Source: Parcubacteria group bacterium GW2011_GWD2_38_12 (GTDB taxonomy: Bacteria; Patescibacteriota; Minisyncoccia; GWC2-36-17). From it: 64,000 nucleotides of DNA. Position numbers and translations under genes: made by a program. Every line of letters starts with the position of its first letter. Position 1 is the stretch's first letter. This document shows positions 20,897-30,556 of the stretch, piece after piece. Under the pieces are notes generated by a model. That model was not told the origin of the DNA, searched no databases, and saw only the letters and a program-made list of their open reading frames with translations. The DNA lies in NCBI GenBank assembly GCA_000992345.1, contig LBUA01000001.1, positions 81,711-145,710 of the forward strand, given 5' to 3'.

Positions 20897-21619
20897 ATGA
20901 AAATCGAAATTTTAGGAGTAAAAATAGACAATATAACTTTTCAAGACGCTATTGAGAAAGCCCGGGCGCTTTTGGGTGATGATAAGCAAAATTTGATGGT
21001 GACTTGCAATCCGGAGATACTTTTGCATGCAGACAAAGATAATTTTTTTAGGGACATATTAAACTCCGCTTCTATTTGTGTTGCCGACGGCTTTGGGTTG
21101 ATATTGGCATCAAAATTTTTGAAAGATTCCCTAATGGAGAGGGTAGTGGGGGTTGATTTTGTCGGAGATTTTTGCAAAATTTGCGAGAAAGAGAGTAAAT
21201 CCGTTTATTTGCTCGGAGGCAGGGATGGCATTGCTCAAAAAACCGCAGATAGATTAAAAAAGAGATTTCCTGATTTAAAAATTTCCGGTTGGTTGGATGG
21301 GGGCATCAATTTAAAAGATTGCTGTAAATTAATAAAATCGGCTAGTCCCGATGTTTTGTTTGTGGCTCTTGGAGCGCCAAGGCAAGAGAAATGGATTTAT
21401 GATAATCTAAGAGAAATTCCTTCGGTAAAATTGGCGATTGGAGTGGGAGGCGCTTTTGATTTTATATCCGGCAATGTTAAACGCGCCCCAAAATTCATGC
21501 GTCGCCTGGGGTTGGAATGGTTGTGGCGGCTTATTATCCAGCCGTGGCGGATAAGAAGAATTTTTAATGCTGTTATTGTTTTTCCTATATTATTTTTTGC
21601 GTCTATTATTAAAAAGTAA
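20897..21619 (+). CDS. WecB/TagA/CpsF-family glycosyltransferase
   Basis: ILGVKID...NPEIL...VYLLGGRDGIAQK...FVALGAPRQEKWI family signature. Confidence 0.8.
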   Translation: MKIEILGVKIDNITFQDAIEKARALLGDDKQNLMVTCNPEILLHADKDNFFRDILNSASICVADGFGLILASKFLKDSLMERVVGVDFVGDFCKICEKESKSVYLLGGRDGIAQKTADRLKKRFPDLKISGWLDGGINLKDCCKLIKSASPDVLFVALGAPRQEKWIYDNLREIPSVKLAIGVGGAFDFISGNVKRAPKFMRRLGLEWLWRLIIQPWRIRRIFNAVIVFPILFFASIIKK

Positions 21620-21636
21620 TTGAAAATTGCAATTTT

Positions 21637-21960
21637 ATGACTATAAATTTTGAAGAATTTAAAAAAGTTGAATTAAGGGTGGCTAAAGTGATTACCGCAG
21701 AAAAAGTTGAGGGATCAGAAAAATTGTTGAAGTTAAGAGTTAATTTAGGGGAAGATGAAAGGCAAATTATTGCTGGCATTGGCAGGGCATATAATCCAGA
21801 AGGCTTGATTGGAAAAGAAGTAATAATAGTCGCTAATTTAGAACCGAGAAAATTAATGGGCCTTGAAAGTCAGGGAATGGTTCTTGCGGCGAGTGATGAA
21901 ATCGGCCTCGCGCTTTTATCGCCAGACAGAGAAATTCGGTCAGGGAGTCTAGTCGGATAA
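21637..21960 (+). CDS. tRNA-binding domain protein (CsaA/Trbp111-like OB fold)
   Basis: VELRVAKVITAEKVEGSEKLLKLRVNLGE...IVANLEPRKLMGLESQGMVLAA matches the MetG C-terminal / EMAP-like tRNA-binding domain. Confidence 0.75.
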   Translation: MTINFEEFKKVELRVAKVITAEKVEGSEKLLKLRVNLGEDERQIIAGIGRAYNPEGLIGKEVIIVANLEPRKLMGLESQGMVLAASDEIGLALLSPDREIRSGSLVG

Positions 21961-21965
21961 ATTTT

Positions 21966-23201
21966 ATGATAAAGAAAATTATAATTGGCATATTATTGTT
22001 AGCCACAGTGGTTGCGGGTGGTTTTATTATCAATTTTTATTGGAAAAATTTGCGCGGCATTTGGCCTGCGATTAAAAGTCCGGCAGAAGATATCTCAAGA
22101 ATTATTAAAGAGCAATCCAGAGTAGAGCAAGCGATAAATAACACATCTTTTCCATTGAAACTTCCTCCTAATTTCTCTATTTCTATTTTTGCGGAAAATC
22201 TCGGGGGTCCGCGCGTTATGACCTATGATTATGCGGGAAATATTATTACGAGCATACCGTCGCAGGGAAAAGTTGTTGCTTTGCCGGATAAGAATTCCGA
22301 TGGAATTGCTGATGAGGTTGTAACTGTTGTTGAGGGACTTAATCGGCCGCATGGACTTATAACGCGTTGTACTGAAAAGTGCGAATTTTATATCGCGGAA
22401 ACGGATAAAGTCGCGGTATATGATTATGACGCGGAAAAATTAAAAGCATTTAACAAAAGAAAAATTATTGATTTGCCCGGGGGCGGCAATCATTTCACAC
22501 GAACAATTCTTTTTCTGCCAGAACCAAATGACCATAAATTATTGACTTCAATCGGGTCGTCTTGCGATACCTGCGAAGAAAAAGATTGGCGAAGAGGAAG
22601 GATTTTGATTTCTAATGCCGATGGAAGCGATTTGAAGGAATTTGTCAAAGGACTTCGCAATTCCGTATTTATGGCGATACATCCCGTGACTGGTAAGATT
22701 TGGGCAACGGAAATGGGGCGGGATTTTTTGGGCGATGATTTACCGCCGGATGAGATAAATATAATTGAAGAAGGCCAGTGGTATGGCTGGCCATGGTTTT
22801 ACGGTAAAAATATCGAAGATTATGAATTTAGTCCATATAGTCGTCCACTGTTTGTAAAAGAGCCACAATCAAGTTATATAGATATTCCCGCGCATTCCGC
22901 GCCGCTTGGTCTTGCGTTTTTTCCGGAAGAGGGCTGGCCGGAGGAATATTGGCATAATTTGCTTGTAGCGTATCATGGATCATGGAATCGTACAGAGCCG
23001 ACGGGATATAAAATTGCCCGTTATAAATTAGACTCACAAGGAAATTATTTTAGTGAAGAAGATTTTATTTCCGGTTGGCTTCAAAGTGACGGCACGGCGC
23101 TTGGCCGACCTGTTGATATTTTGATTCAACCAGGCGGGATTATTTATGTTTCCGATGATAAAGCGGGAGTGATTTATCGGATTATTCATAATAAGACTTG
23201 A
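21966..23201 (+). CDS. PQQ-dependent sugar (glucose/sorbosone) dehydrogenase-family beta-propeller protein, secreted or membrane-anchored
   Basis: N-terminal TM/signal segment. EINIIEEGQWYGWPWFYG resembles the SGDH NYGWP motif. Repeated propeller-like segments. Confidence 0.6.
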   Translation: MIKKIIIGILLLATVVAGGFIINFYWKNLRGIWPAIKSPAEDISRIIKEQSRVEQAINNTSFPLKLPPNFSISIFAENLGGPRVMTYDYAGNIITSIPSQGKVVALPDKNSDGIADEVVTVVEGLNRPHGLITRCTEKCEFYIAETDKVAVYDYDAEKLKAFNKRKIIDLPGGGNHFTRTILFLPEPNDHKLLTSIGSSCDTCEEKDWRRGRILISNADGSDLKEFVKGLRNSVFMAIHPVTGKIWATEMGRDFLGDDLPPDEINIIEEGQWYGWPWFYGKNIEDYEFSPYSRPLFVKEPQSSYIDIPAHSAPLGLAFFPEEGWPEEYWHNLLVAYHGSWNRTEPTGYKIARYKLDSQGNYFSEEDFISGWLQSDGTALGRPVDILIQPGGIIYVSDDKAGVIYRIIHNKT

Positions 23202-23306
23202 CAGTATTTATATAGTAGTATAAACTCTCACCCTGTTCTTTAAAGGGGATAAGCCTCGGCGAAAGGTTATCCAAAACAAAAAAACAAAAAAACGGAGGAA
23301 CACAGG

Positions 23307-24146
23307 ATGCCGAAGAAACCGATCGAGATTCAGATACATGAGATAACGGATCCAAAGCTTTTGGCGGAGTTTGACCCGAAGCGGATCGTGGGCCTTATCT
23401 CGCCGGACCAGAAGTCGCTGAGTGTCGCTTACCTTTCGGAGCTTGTATCACTTTCCGAAAAGGTGAGAGTCAGGATACCGGCGGTATTCTGCGGAAAGAA
23501 CGCGCATCCCACAGTCATAGGCAACATACAGATAAGGAAAGACGTTGCCGGCCATAATTTCGCGTTGAACGAGATTATAGGCCCCATCAACCCGACAGTT
23601 TTTTCGTGGATCACGGCTATAACCGCGAACATGCAAAAAATCGGGTTGGTAAATGCCTTTTTTCCCGCTTACAAGGCCGAAAAGGAGGAGTCAAGATTTC
23701 TTTACGGCATCATCGATCCAAAAGGAAGCATGATGTCCGCGGGAATAGTCTTGGATGAAGCCGTTAAGAACATCCGGCTGACCCAGGGCAACATGGTCTT
23801 CTTCACGGTCAAAGAGGAGGTCAGAAGGATCTCTTTTAAGGATATCAGCAAGAAGGATTGGCTGGCGCATTCATGGCCTGTCACATCCTACAAAGCCGAT
23901 ATCGTGTTTCTGGGCAGGCCGAACAGAAGCGCAATGACAGTGGTTCTGTCTAACGGGGAAACGCACAGCATCGGTCTGGGACACGGAGGATCCACAATCA
24001 ACGTAAAAGGGGGCGCAGACAACAAGGTCGTCATTCTCGAGCCGGTATCGTCATTATTGTCAATCGGCGCGGGAATAATAGCGGCTGTTTCGCAGGAAAA
24101 GGAGGATTTATTCCTCTATCCCGAGTCCACCGTCGCCGTCGCGTAA
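23307..24146 (+). CDS. Hypothetical protein encoded by a compositionally anomalous (~50% GC) gene
   Basis: Strong RBS GGAGGAACACAGGATG. GC content is far above the flanking ~33%. No recognisable motif. Flanked by 13-bp inverted repeats at 23254-23266 and 24176-24188. Terminator at 24198-24230. Confidence 0.6.
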   Translation: MPKKPIEIQIHEITDPKLLAEFDPKRIVGLISPDQKSLSVAYLSELVSLSEKVRVRIPAVFCGKNAHPTVIGNIQIRKDVAGHNFALNEIIGPINPTVFSWITAITANMQKIGLVNAFFPAYKAEKEESRFLYGIIDPKGSMMSAGIVLDEAVKNIRLTQGNMVFFTVKEEVRRISFKDISKKDWLAHSWPVTSYKADIVFLGRPNRSAMTVVLSNGETHSIGLGHGGSTINVKGGADNKVVILEPVSSLLSIGAGIIAAVSQEKEDLFLYPESTVAVA

Positions 24147-24326
24147 CGGAGCAGTAAGCAATAACAGCAAAAAATCCTTTCGCCGAGGATATATCCTAAA
24201 CGCCGGAATCAAAAGATTCCGGCGTTTTTTATTTTATTGTAGAATTGATTTCTGATTAATTTTATAGTATTCTTTTTTAAGAAAGTATTTGGCTCATTTT
24301 AAAATAAATAAAAAAAGAGGCGCGCT

Positions 24327-24713
24327 ATGGGGAGAGAGATTCGAGTTCCTTCTGATGTGGTGGTGGCTATTTTCGCTTTTATCGGGGCAAGGAAAAGATT
24401 TCCATATAACAGAGAGAAAATAGATACGGTTTTATATAAGTTGTCTCAAGAAAATGAGTTTGCGGATTTATTCAATGATTTTAGTTTCGCGCAAAATTAT
24501 ATATGGTCTTTTCCATACTGTGAAGAGATTGGGTATGCGTTAGATGGACTATTTTTTTCGGGATTACTTGAGTGCATCGGTCCATATATGCAGGAATGCG
24601 AAGTTACGGAAAATTTGGCAAAAAAAGATTTTTCAGACATATTTACTCAAGAAGAGATGGATCTCTTAAGGAGGGTATCGGAAAAATTTCAAAAATATGT
24701 GGAAGAGGTTTGA
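24327..24713 (+). CDS. Hypothetical protein
   Basis: ORF with an AGAGG RBS. No motif recognised. Confidence 0.4.
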   Translation: MGREIRVPSDVVVAIFAFIGARKRFPYNREKIDTVLYKLSQENEFADLFNDFSFAQNYIWSFPYCEEIGYALDGLFFSGLLECIGPYMQECEVTENLAKKDFSDIFTQEEMDLLRRVSEKFQKYVEEV

Positions 24714-24753
24714 TCTTTTTTTAAGATAAACAATTAAAATAAAAGAGCCGATT

Positions 24754-24990
24754 TTATCGGCTCTTTTTATTTTTTTTATGAAGCGACCAGATTGCTAAAG
24801 GCTTTTTATTTCCATGAAAAGAATCGGCATTTTTATAAACTTCAATTAATGCAAGACCGGCGAAATGGCTATGGCCCTTGCGGGTTCTGATAATAGCATC
24901 TTCTGGTGTTTTTGCCTTCATATAAATATCATATTCATCCGAAAAAAAAGGCGCGTGATTACTTTTTATAAAAATGAAATATTTTTTCAT
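24754..24990 (-). CDS. Small hypothetical protein (78 aa)
   Basis: AAGGAGG sits 5 nt upstream of the ATG on the minus strand. Shares the 24744-24764 hairpin with the convergent gene. Confidence 0.45.
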   Translation of the reverse strand: MKKYFIFIKSNHAPFFSDEYDIYMKAKTPEDAIIRTRKGHSHFAGLALIEVYKNADSFHGNKKPLAIWSLHKKNKKSR

Positions 24991-25037
24991 AAAAGACCTC
25001 CTTTATTCGTTTTTGTAAAAGTACTAAATTTCCTGTC

Positions 25038-25114
25038 TGGTGCGCCGGGGGGGAATTGAACCCTCGACCGTCTGCTTAAAAGGCAGCTGCTCTACCGACT
25101 GAGCTACCGGCGCG
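25038..25114 (-). tRNA. tRNA-Lys (anticodon TTT)
   Basis: Reverse complement reads GCGCCGGTAGCTCAGTCGGTAGAGCAGCTGCCTTTTAAGCAGACGGTCGAGGGTTCAATTCCCCCCGGCGCACCA. Anticodon loop CUUUUAA. Encoded CCA. Confidence 0.85.
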
Positions 25115-25241
25115 TGAATTTACAGAATTTAGTCTGCCGTGGCGGATAGAATTTAGAATGAAGGAATGAATGTAAAATTCTGAAAAATATGTTATATAAT
25201 ATATAGGAATTTTTATTTATAATCAAGTATCATAAAATATA

Positions 25242-26237
25242 ATGACTCATAATTCTAAATTAAAAATTGGCGTTTTGATGGGTGGACCGTCGTCGGAACA
25301 TGAGGTGTCTTTGGAAACTGGTCGAAAAGTAATGAAGCATCTTGATAGTAATAAATATGAAGTTAAACCGATTAAAATATCAAGAGACGGTGAATGGCAT
25401 ATTAATGGAGCAAAAGCTAAGATAGAAACAGCGCTTCATGATATAGATTTGGCATTTATCGCGATGCATGGCGAATATGGTGAAGATGGGCAAATTCAAG
25501 TTATTTTAGAGCAGTATAATAAGCCCTATACGGGGTCTGGCGTGTTTGCTTCGCAGATTGCGATGGATAAATCCCAAAGCAAAAAACTATTTGAAAGTCA
25601 CGGATTTCTAATTCCTAAATCAGCATTATTGAAATATGGCGAAAGGGGATTTTTACAGAAATTCGAAAGTGTTTCAAAGGACGGCCCTTGGGTGGTAAAA
25701 CCATGTTCTCGCGGTTCCAGCGTAGGCACATCCATTATTAAAAATAAAAAGGATATTTTTGATGCAGTGCATAAAGCGTTTGAATATGACAATCAAGTTT
25801 TAATTGAAGAGCATATAAAGGGCAGGGAATTCACTTGCGGAGTTTTGGAAAATTATCCGTCTCGGGAGAATAGAAAATATTTTGCTTTACCGGTTACAGA
25901 GATAATACCAAGAAAGAGTTATCAATTTTTTGATTATGAAGCAAAATATAAAGAGGGAGCGACAAAGGAGGTGACGCCAGCCGAGATTTCAAGAGATTTA
26001 ACTCAAAAAATTCAAGGAATTGCTGTTGCGGCTCATGCCTTGCTCGGTTGTAGTGGATATTCAAGGTCGGATTTCATAATAACTCCAAAGAATGAAATAT
26101 ATATTTTAGAATTAAATACATTGCCCGGTATGACCCAGACTTCGCTTTTGCCTCAAGCCGCAAAAGCCGCAAAAATAGAATTTCCGGAGTTATTGGATAA
26201 AATAATCTACAATGCTCTGAAAAAGTATTATGCTTGA
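25242..26237 (+). CDS. ddl: D-alanine--D-alanine ligase
   Basis: GGPSSEHEVSLETG and IAMHGEYGEDGQIQ motifs with an ATP-grasp fold layout. Confidence 0.85.
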   Translation: MTHNSKLKIGVLMGGPSSEHEVSLETGRKVMKHLDSNKYEVKPIKISRDGEWHINGAKAKIETALHDIDLAFIAMHGEYGEDGQIQVILEQYNKPYTGSGVFASQIAMDKSQSKKLFESHGFLIPKSALLKYGERGFLQKFESVSKDGPWVVKPCSRGSSVGTSIIKNKKDIFDAVHKAFEYDNQVLIEEHIKGREFTCGVLENYPSRENRKYFALPVTEIIPRKSYQFFDYEAKYKEGATKEVTPAEISRDLTQKIQGIAVAAHALLGCSGYSRSDFIITPKNEIYILELNTLPGMTQTSLLPQAAKAAKIEFPELLDKIIYNALKKYYA

Positions 26238-26288
26238 TTTTTATTAATATTTTTTATATTGTATTTTAGCTTCTAATTTCTAAATTAT

Positions 26289-26364
26289 GGGCCCTTAGCT
26301 CATTTGGTAGAGCACCTGCTTTGCAAGCAGGGGGTGATCGGTTCGAGCCCGATAGGGTCCACCA
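26289..26364 (+). tRNA. tRNA-Ala (anticodon TGC)
   Basis: GGGCCCTTAGCTCATTTGGTAGAGCACCTGCTTTGCAAGCAGGGGGTGATCGGTTCGAGCCCGATAGGGTCCACCA. G3:U70 identity pair is present. A terminator hairpin follows at 26367-26394. Confidence 0.85.
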
Positions 26365-26424
26365 AACAAAACCCTCTTCATATGAAGAGGGTTTTGTTAT
26401 ACAAACGCAAGCGAAAATGTCATA

Positions 26425-27138
26425 ATGGATTACATGAATATACCGCAACATATCGCTATAATCCCGGATGGTAATAGACGTTGGGCAAAAAAGAATTCAT
26501 TGCCGGTTTTTAGGGGTCATCGCCAAGGGATTAAATCCATAGAAGAAGTAATAAAATGCGCCCTAGATTTAAAGATACCCTATCTTACTTTTTGGGGTTG
26601 CTCCATGAGCAATATTCTTAACAGATCCAAATTGGAGGTAAATTTTTTAATGAAAATTTTCGAGCAGAATTTCAGAAAAATAGTTCAAAATGAAGACATA
26701 CATAATAAAAAGGCGGGGATTGCCGTTGTGGGGCGATGGCGGGAATTATTTCCCAAAAAAACAAAAGAATCTATAGAAAAAGCCATTGATGCAACCAAGA
26801 ATTATCAAAATTATCATTTAACATTCTTGATGGCTTACAGCGGAATGGATGAAATGCAGACTGCAATACAAAATATTATAAAATTAAAGACAGGGAATAT
26901 AAATTTGAAAATCGATGAAAATGTTATAAAAAATAATCTTTGGACTAATAATTTGCCTCCGGTTGATTTGGTGATTCGCACGGGAGGAGAGCCTCATTGG
27001 TCGGATGGTTTTATGATGTGGGATGTGGCCAATGCCCAGTTGTATTTTACGGAAACTTTATGGCCTGATTTTTCGGGGAAAGAATTTAGAAAAGTAGTGG
27101 ATAGATATAGTAAAACAGAGAGACGAATGGGAAAATAA
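26425..27138 (+). CDS. uppS: Undecaprenyl-diphosphate synthase (cis-prenyltransferase)
   Basis: HIAIIPDGNRRWAKK motif and UPPS family length. Confidence 0.85.
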   Translation: MDYMNIPQHIAIIPDGNRRWAKKNSLPVFRGHRQGIKSIEEVIKCALDLKIPYLTFWGCSMSNILNRSKLEVNFLMKIFEQNFRKIVQNEDIHNKKAGIAVVGRWRELFPKKTKESIEKAIDATKNYQNYHLTFLMAYSGMDEMQTAIQNIIKLKTGNINLKIDENVIKNNLWTNNLPPVDLVIRTGGEPHWSDGFMMWDVANAQLYFTETLWPDFSGKEFRKVVDRYSKTERRMGK

Positions 27139-27172
27139 TAAAGATGAGCTTCATATTGAGTGTAATGAATTT

Positions 27173-28207
27173 ATGCAATATAAATTTTATACAACCTCGG
27201 AGAAGGCCTGGGACGCGATGCTGGAAGCGATTAAGGACGCGAAAAAATTTATTTTTCTGGAAATGTATATTTTTATTGATAATACCGAGGGGTATAATTT
27301 TTTTGAAATCTTAGAGAAGAAAGCAAAAGAGGGCGTGAGGGTGAAGATAATCATTGATTCCTTCGGAAGCCAGGAACTAAATAAAGAAGTAATTGAAAAA
27401 ATCAGAAAAGCCGGAGCAGAATTGTTATTTTTCAGTTATTGGCTTAGTCGCGCGCATAAGAAAATTTTAATTATTGACGGGAATATCGCCTTTTTGGGAG
27501 GCGTTAATATCCATAAATCATTCCAGAAATGGAATGATTTACAGGTTAGATTTACGGGGGTTATGGTAAAAAGCGTTATTCGTTCGTTCGCAAAAAGTTA
27601 CGAAATGTGCGGAGGCAAAGATGTTGAAGTCCTTATTTATAATAATAAAAAAAATATTTTCAGAAAAACGAAACTTTGGTTTTTAGAGCATCAGCAATTA
27701 GGCAAAAAGAAATTGCTTAAAAAGCATTATCAAAACAGAATTAAAAATGCCAAAGAAAAAATAATTATAGTTACGCCCTATTTTATTCCGCGCAGATGGT
27801 TAATAGGTGTTCTGCATCAAGCGATTCTAAGGGGGGTTCGCGCGGAAATCATATTGCCGCTTTATACTGACCACTGGATTTTCAACAGAGTGAATTATTT
27901 TTATATTTCAAAATTTCATCGGATAGGCATAAATTTTTATCTGCAAAGAGAAATGAACCATGCCAAAGCGATGATAATCGATAATGCTGAAGGGATGGTT
28001 GGATCGCAAAATATTGATCCACTGTCTTTTGACCATAATTTAGAAGCCGGTATATTTTTTCGCGATAAAAAAATGGTGGATGACCTCGGAAAAATAATTT
28101 CGGATTGGAAGCAAAATTGCGTGATTTTTGAACCGTCAATGTATAAGAAAATATGGTTTGATTATTTTCTTGCGCCAGCAATGCGCATTTTTCAGTCGGT
28201 ATTTTAG
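27173..28207 (+). CDS. Phospholipase D-family protein (cardiolipin synthase-like, two HKD motifs)
   Basis: HKKILIIDG...GGVNI and NHAKAMIIDNAEGMVGSQNID HxK(x4)D motifs. Confidence 0.75.
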   Translation: MQYKFYTTSEKAWDAMLEAIKDAKKFIFLEMYIFIDNTEGYNFFEILEKKAKEGVRVKIIIDSFGSQELNKEVIEKIRKAGAELLFFSYWLSRAHKKILIIDGNIAFLGGVNIHKSFQKWNDLQVRFTGVMVKSVIRSFAKSYEMCGGKDVEVLIYNNKKNIFRKTKLWFLEHQQLGKKKLLKKHYQNRIKNAKEKIIIVTPYFIPRRWLIGVLHQAILRGVRAEIILPLYTDHWIFNRVNYFYISKFHRIGINFYLQREMNHAKAMIIDNAEGMVGSQNIDPLSFDHNLEAGIFFRDKKMVDDLGKIISDWKQNCVIFEPSMYKKIWFDYFLAPAMRIFQSVF

Positions 28208-28239
28208 AGTTTACTCATTAACTGAAATATGATAACTTA

Positions 28240-28635
28240 TTGATGATTATGATTAAAAAACTGCTTAAATTTTTTGATAAAACAGAGGATAAGGTGAGGG
28301 AAATTTTAAGCCGCTATGTGATTTTATATGCGTTTATTGGCGGTGTGGCAATTGTTCTTTTTTGGCGCGGTGTATGGAAAATCGCGGATGGATTATTCTT
28401 TATGACCGGCGTCATGTCTGTTATAATCAGCTCCGCCATACTTTTGCTCACGGGATTATTTGTTTCCTTTTTTATCGGCGATCGCATTATATTGTCGGGA
28501 TTAAAAAAGGAGAAAAAATTAGCCGAAAAAACAGAAGAAGAAATAAAATCAGAGCTTGAGCGAAGCATAAGAATAATTGATAAATTAGAAAAAATAGAAA
28601 AAGATTTAGAAGAGGTTAAAAATAAAATTAAATAA
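28240..28635 (+). CDS. Hypothetical membrane protein with C-terminal coiled coil
   Basis: Two predicted TM helices and a charged KE-rich tail. Confidence 0.4.
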   Translation: MMIMIKKLLKFFDKTEDKVREILSRYVILYAFIGGVAIVLFWRGVWKIADGLFFMTGVMSVIISSAILLLTGLFVSFFIGDRIILSGLKKEKKLAEKTEEEIKSELERSIRIIDKLEKIEKDLEEVKNKIK

Positions 28636-28719
28636 CTTAAAACTTGAAACCTAGAGCTTGAAACTTAATCTGTGAGGCGGACAAGCTTCAAGATTTAAGC
28701 TTCAAGTTTCAACTTTTAT

Positions 28720-28875
28720 ATGGAACCAAAAGAACAATTTAAAGAATGGGAATGGAAATGTACCGAGTGCGATTATATTTATAGCGGCGAGGAGTCGCCA
28801 GAGCAGTGCCCTAAATGCCACGCTCCAAAAGAAGCATTTGTGTTGTTGGAGGAATTGGAAGAAGAAAGCAAATAA
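28720..28875 (+). CDS. Small rubredoxin-like/zinc-ribbon protein (51 aa)
   Basis: Manual translation gives MEPKEQFKEWEWKCTECDYIYSGEESPEQCPKCHAPKEAFVLLEELEEESK, with a CxxC...CxxC pair. The stop is 1 nt before the tyrS ATG. Confidence 0.5.
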   Translation: MEPKEQFKEWEWKCTECDYIYSGEESPEQCPKCHAPKEAFVLLEELEEESK

Positions 28876-28876
28876 T

Positions 28877-30076
28877 ATGGCTAAGATAATTACTGACGAG
28901 AATAAAATAAAAAAAATATTAACTCGTGGCGTTGAGGATGTTATTGTTAAAGAGCACCTTGAAGCTCAATTAAAATCCGGTAAAGAGTTACGGATTAAAT
29001 TTGGCATTGATCCGACAACGCCAGATATTCATCTTGGCCACTCCATTCCGTTTCGCAAATTAAAACAATTTCAAGATCTTGGCCATAAGATTATTTTAAT
29101 TATTGGTGATTTTACGGCTATGATTGGCGATCCATCGGGTAGATCGGAGACTCGGAAACAATTGACTAAAAAAGAAATCAAGAATAATTTAAAAAATTAT
29201 CTTTCTCAAGCCGGGAAGATAATTAATATTAAAAAAACTGAAATTCATTATAACAGCAAGTGGTTCAGCAAGAATGCCGATTCTATTTTGGAACTTTCTC
29301 GCATTGGCAGTATCCAGCAAGTTTTGCATCGCGCCGATTTTCAAAAAAGAATCAGTGAAGGGAAAGATATTACTTTACTTGAAGTTTTTTACCCGCTTTT
29401 TCAGGGCTATGATTCTTTTAAAATAAAATCTGACATTGAAATCGGTGGGACAGACCAGAGATTTAATTTATTAATGGGGAGGCAAATCCAGAAGCATTAT
29501 AATATGCCGGAACAAGATATTATAACTTTGCCGCTTATTGAGGGTACAGATGGAATTCGTAAAATGAGCAAGAGTTATGGCAATTATATTGGCATTAACG
29601 AACAGCCGAATAATATGTTTGGTAAAATAATGTCCATTCCGGATAATTTAATAATAAAATATTTCTTGCTTTGCGCTGATTTGCCGGAAATAGATATTGA
29701 GGCGATAGGCAACAATATGAAATCTGGGAAATTAAATCCCCGTGATGCAAAATTAAATTTAGCTTTTGAGATCGTGAGAATTTATCATGGGGAGAAAAAA
29801 GCTCAGAAAGCGAAAGACGAATTTATAAGAGTATTTTCCAAAAAAGAATTACCCAAAAAGATAGATGAGTTAAAAATTCAGAAAGGAAGGATTGGTATCG
29901 TTGATTTACTTTTGAAATGCGGAGCGGTAAAAAGCAAGGGAGAAGCGAAAAGATTAATAGAACAAAAAGGAGTTAAACTAAATAATGAAGTTATTGGCAG
30001 TTGGGGCGCGGAAATCACGCTTGATGGAGGAGAAATATTGCAGATTGGCAAGAGAAAATTTATAAGAATTGGTTAA
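28877..30076 (+). CDS. tyrS: Tyrosyl-tRNA synthetase
   Basis: DPTTPDIHLGHSIP (HIGH), KMSKSYGN, and a C-terminal S4-like domain. The start is placed at MAKIITD. Confidence 0.85.
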   Translation: MAKIITDENKIKKILTRGVEDVIVKEHLEAQLKSGKELRIKFGIDPTTPDIHLGHSIPFRKLKQFQDLGHKIILIIGDFTAMIGDPSGRSETRKQLTKKEIKNNLKNYLSQAGKIINIKKTEIHYNSKWFSKNADSILELSRIGSIQQVLHRADFQKRISEGKDITLLEVFYPLFQGYDSFKIKSDIEIGGTDQRFNLLMGRQIQKHYNMPEQDIITLPLIEGTDGIRKMSKSYGNYIGINEQPNNMFGKIMSIPDNLIIKYFLLCADLPEIDIEAIGNNMKSGKLNPRDAKLNLAFEIVRIYHGEKKAQKAKDEFIRVFSKKELPKKIDELKIQKGRIGIVDLLLKCGAVKSKGEAKRLIEQKGVKLNNEVIGSWGAEITLDGGEILQIGKRKFIRIG

Positions 30077-30115
30077 AATAAAAATCCTCTCACCGATTTT
30101 TTGGCGAGAGGAAAG

Positions 30116-30469
30116 TTATTTTTTATTTTTTTTATTTCTGTCAAGCAGAAAGTATATGCCAAACGATACTATTGCTCCCGAGAAAAGATATACCTGAAGT
30201 ATGACTAGTCCAGGAAATTTACTAAACATAGATATTTCTTTTCCTGCGAGCATTATTTCAGCTGTTCCGCCCATTATAAGAAAAAGCGAAATAAAAAGGT
30301 AACCCATTTTCAAACTGATTGGCGAGCCAATAGTTCTGGAGTGCAGAAAAGCATAGAGAGAAGCAGTCATTATTCCGGCGACAGATGCGTATTTAATTCC
30401 GCTTAGATCAAGTATCATAAATATTAACAAGAAGACCGTAAAAATCGCGTTCACTATCTTATTATTCAT
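30116..30469 (-). CDS. Small integral membrane protein (4 TM)
   Basis: Hydrophobic 117-aa ORF. Confidence 0.4.
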   Translation of the reverse strand: MNNKIVNAIFTVFLLIFMILDLSGIKYASVAGIMTASLYAFLHSRTIGSPISLKMGYLFISLFLIMGGTAEIMLAGKEISMFSKFPGLVILQVYLFSGAIVSFGIYFLLDRNKKNKK

Positions 30470-30556
30470 TTTAATGCCTCCAGATTGGATTTGAAATGTA
30501 CGAGATTTATTTTATGGTAAGATAAATTATTATTTAAGTCAATGAGATTTAATGGG

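Noticed and set aside
26266-26451. ORF 26266-26451- and ORF 63794-63988+
   Set aside because: They overlap tRNA-Ala and tRNA-Leu respectively. The tRNA structures are unambiguous.
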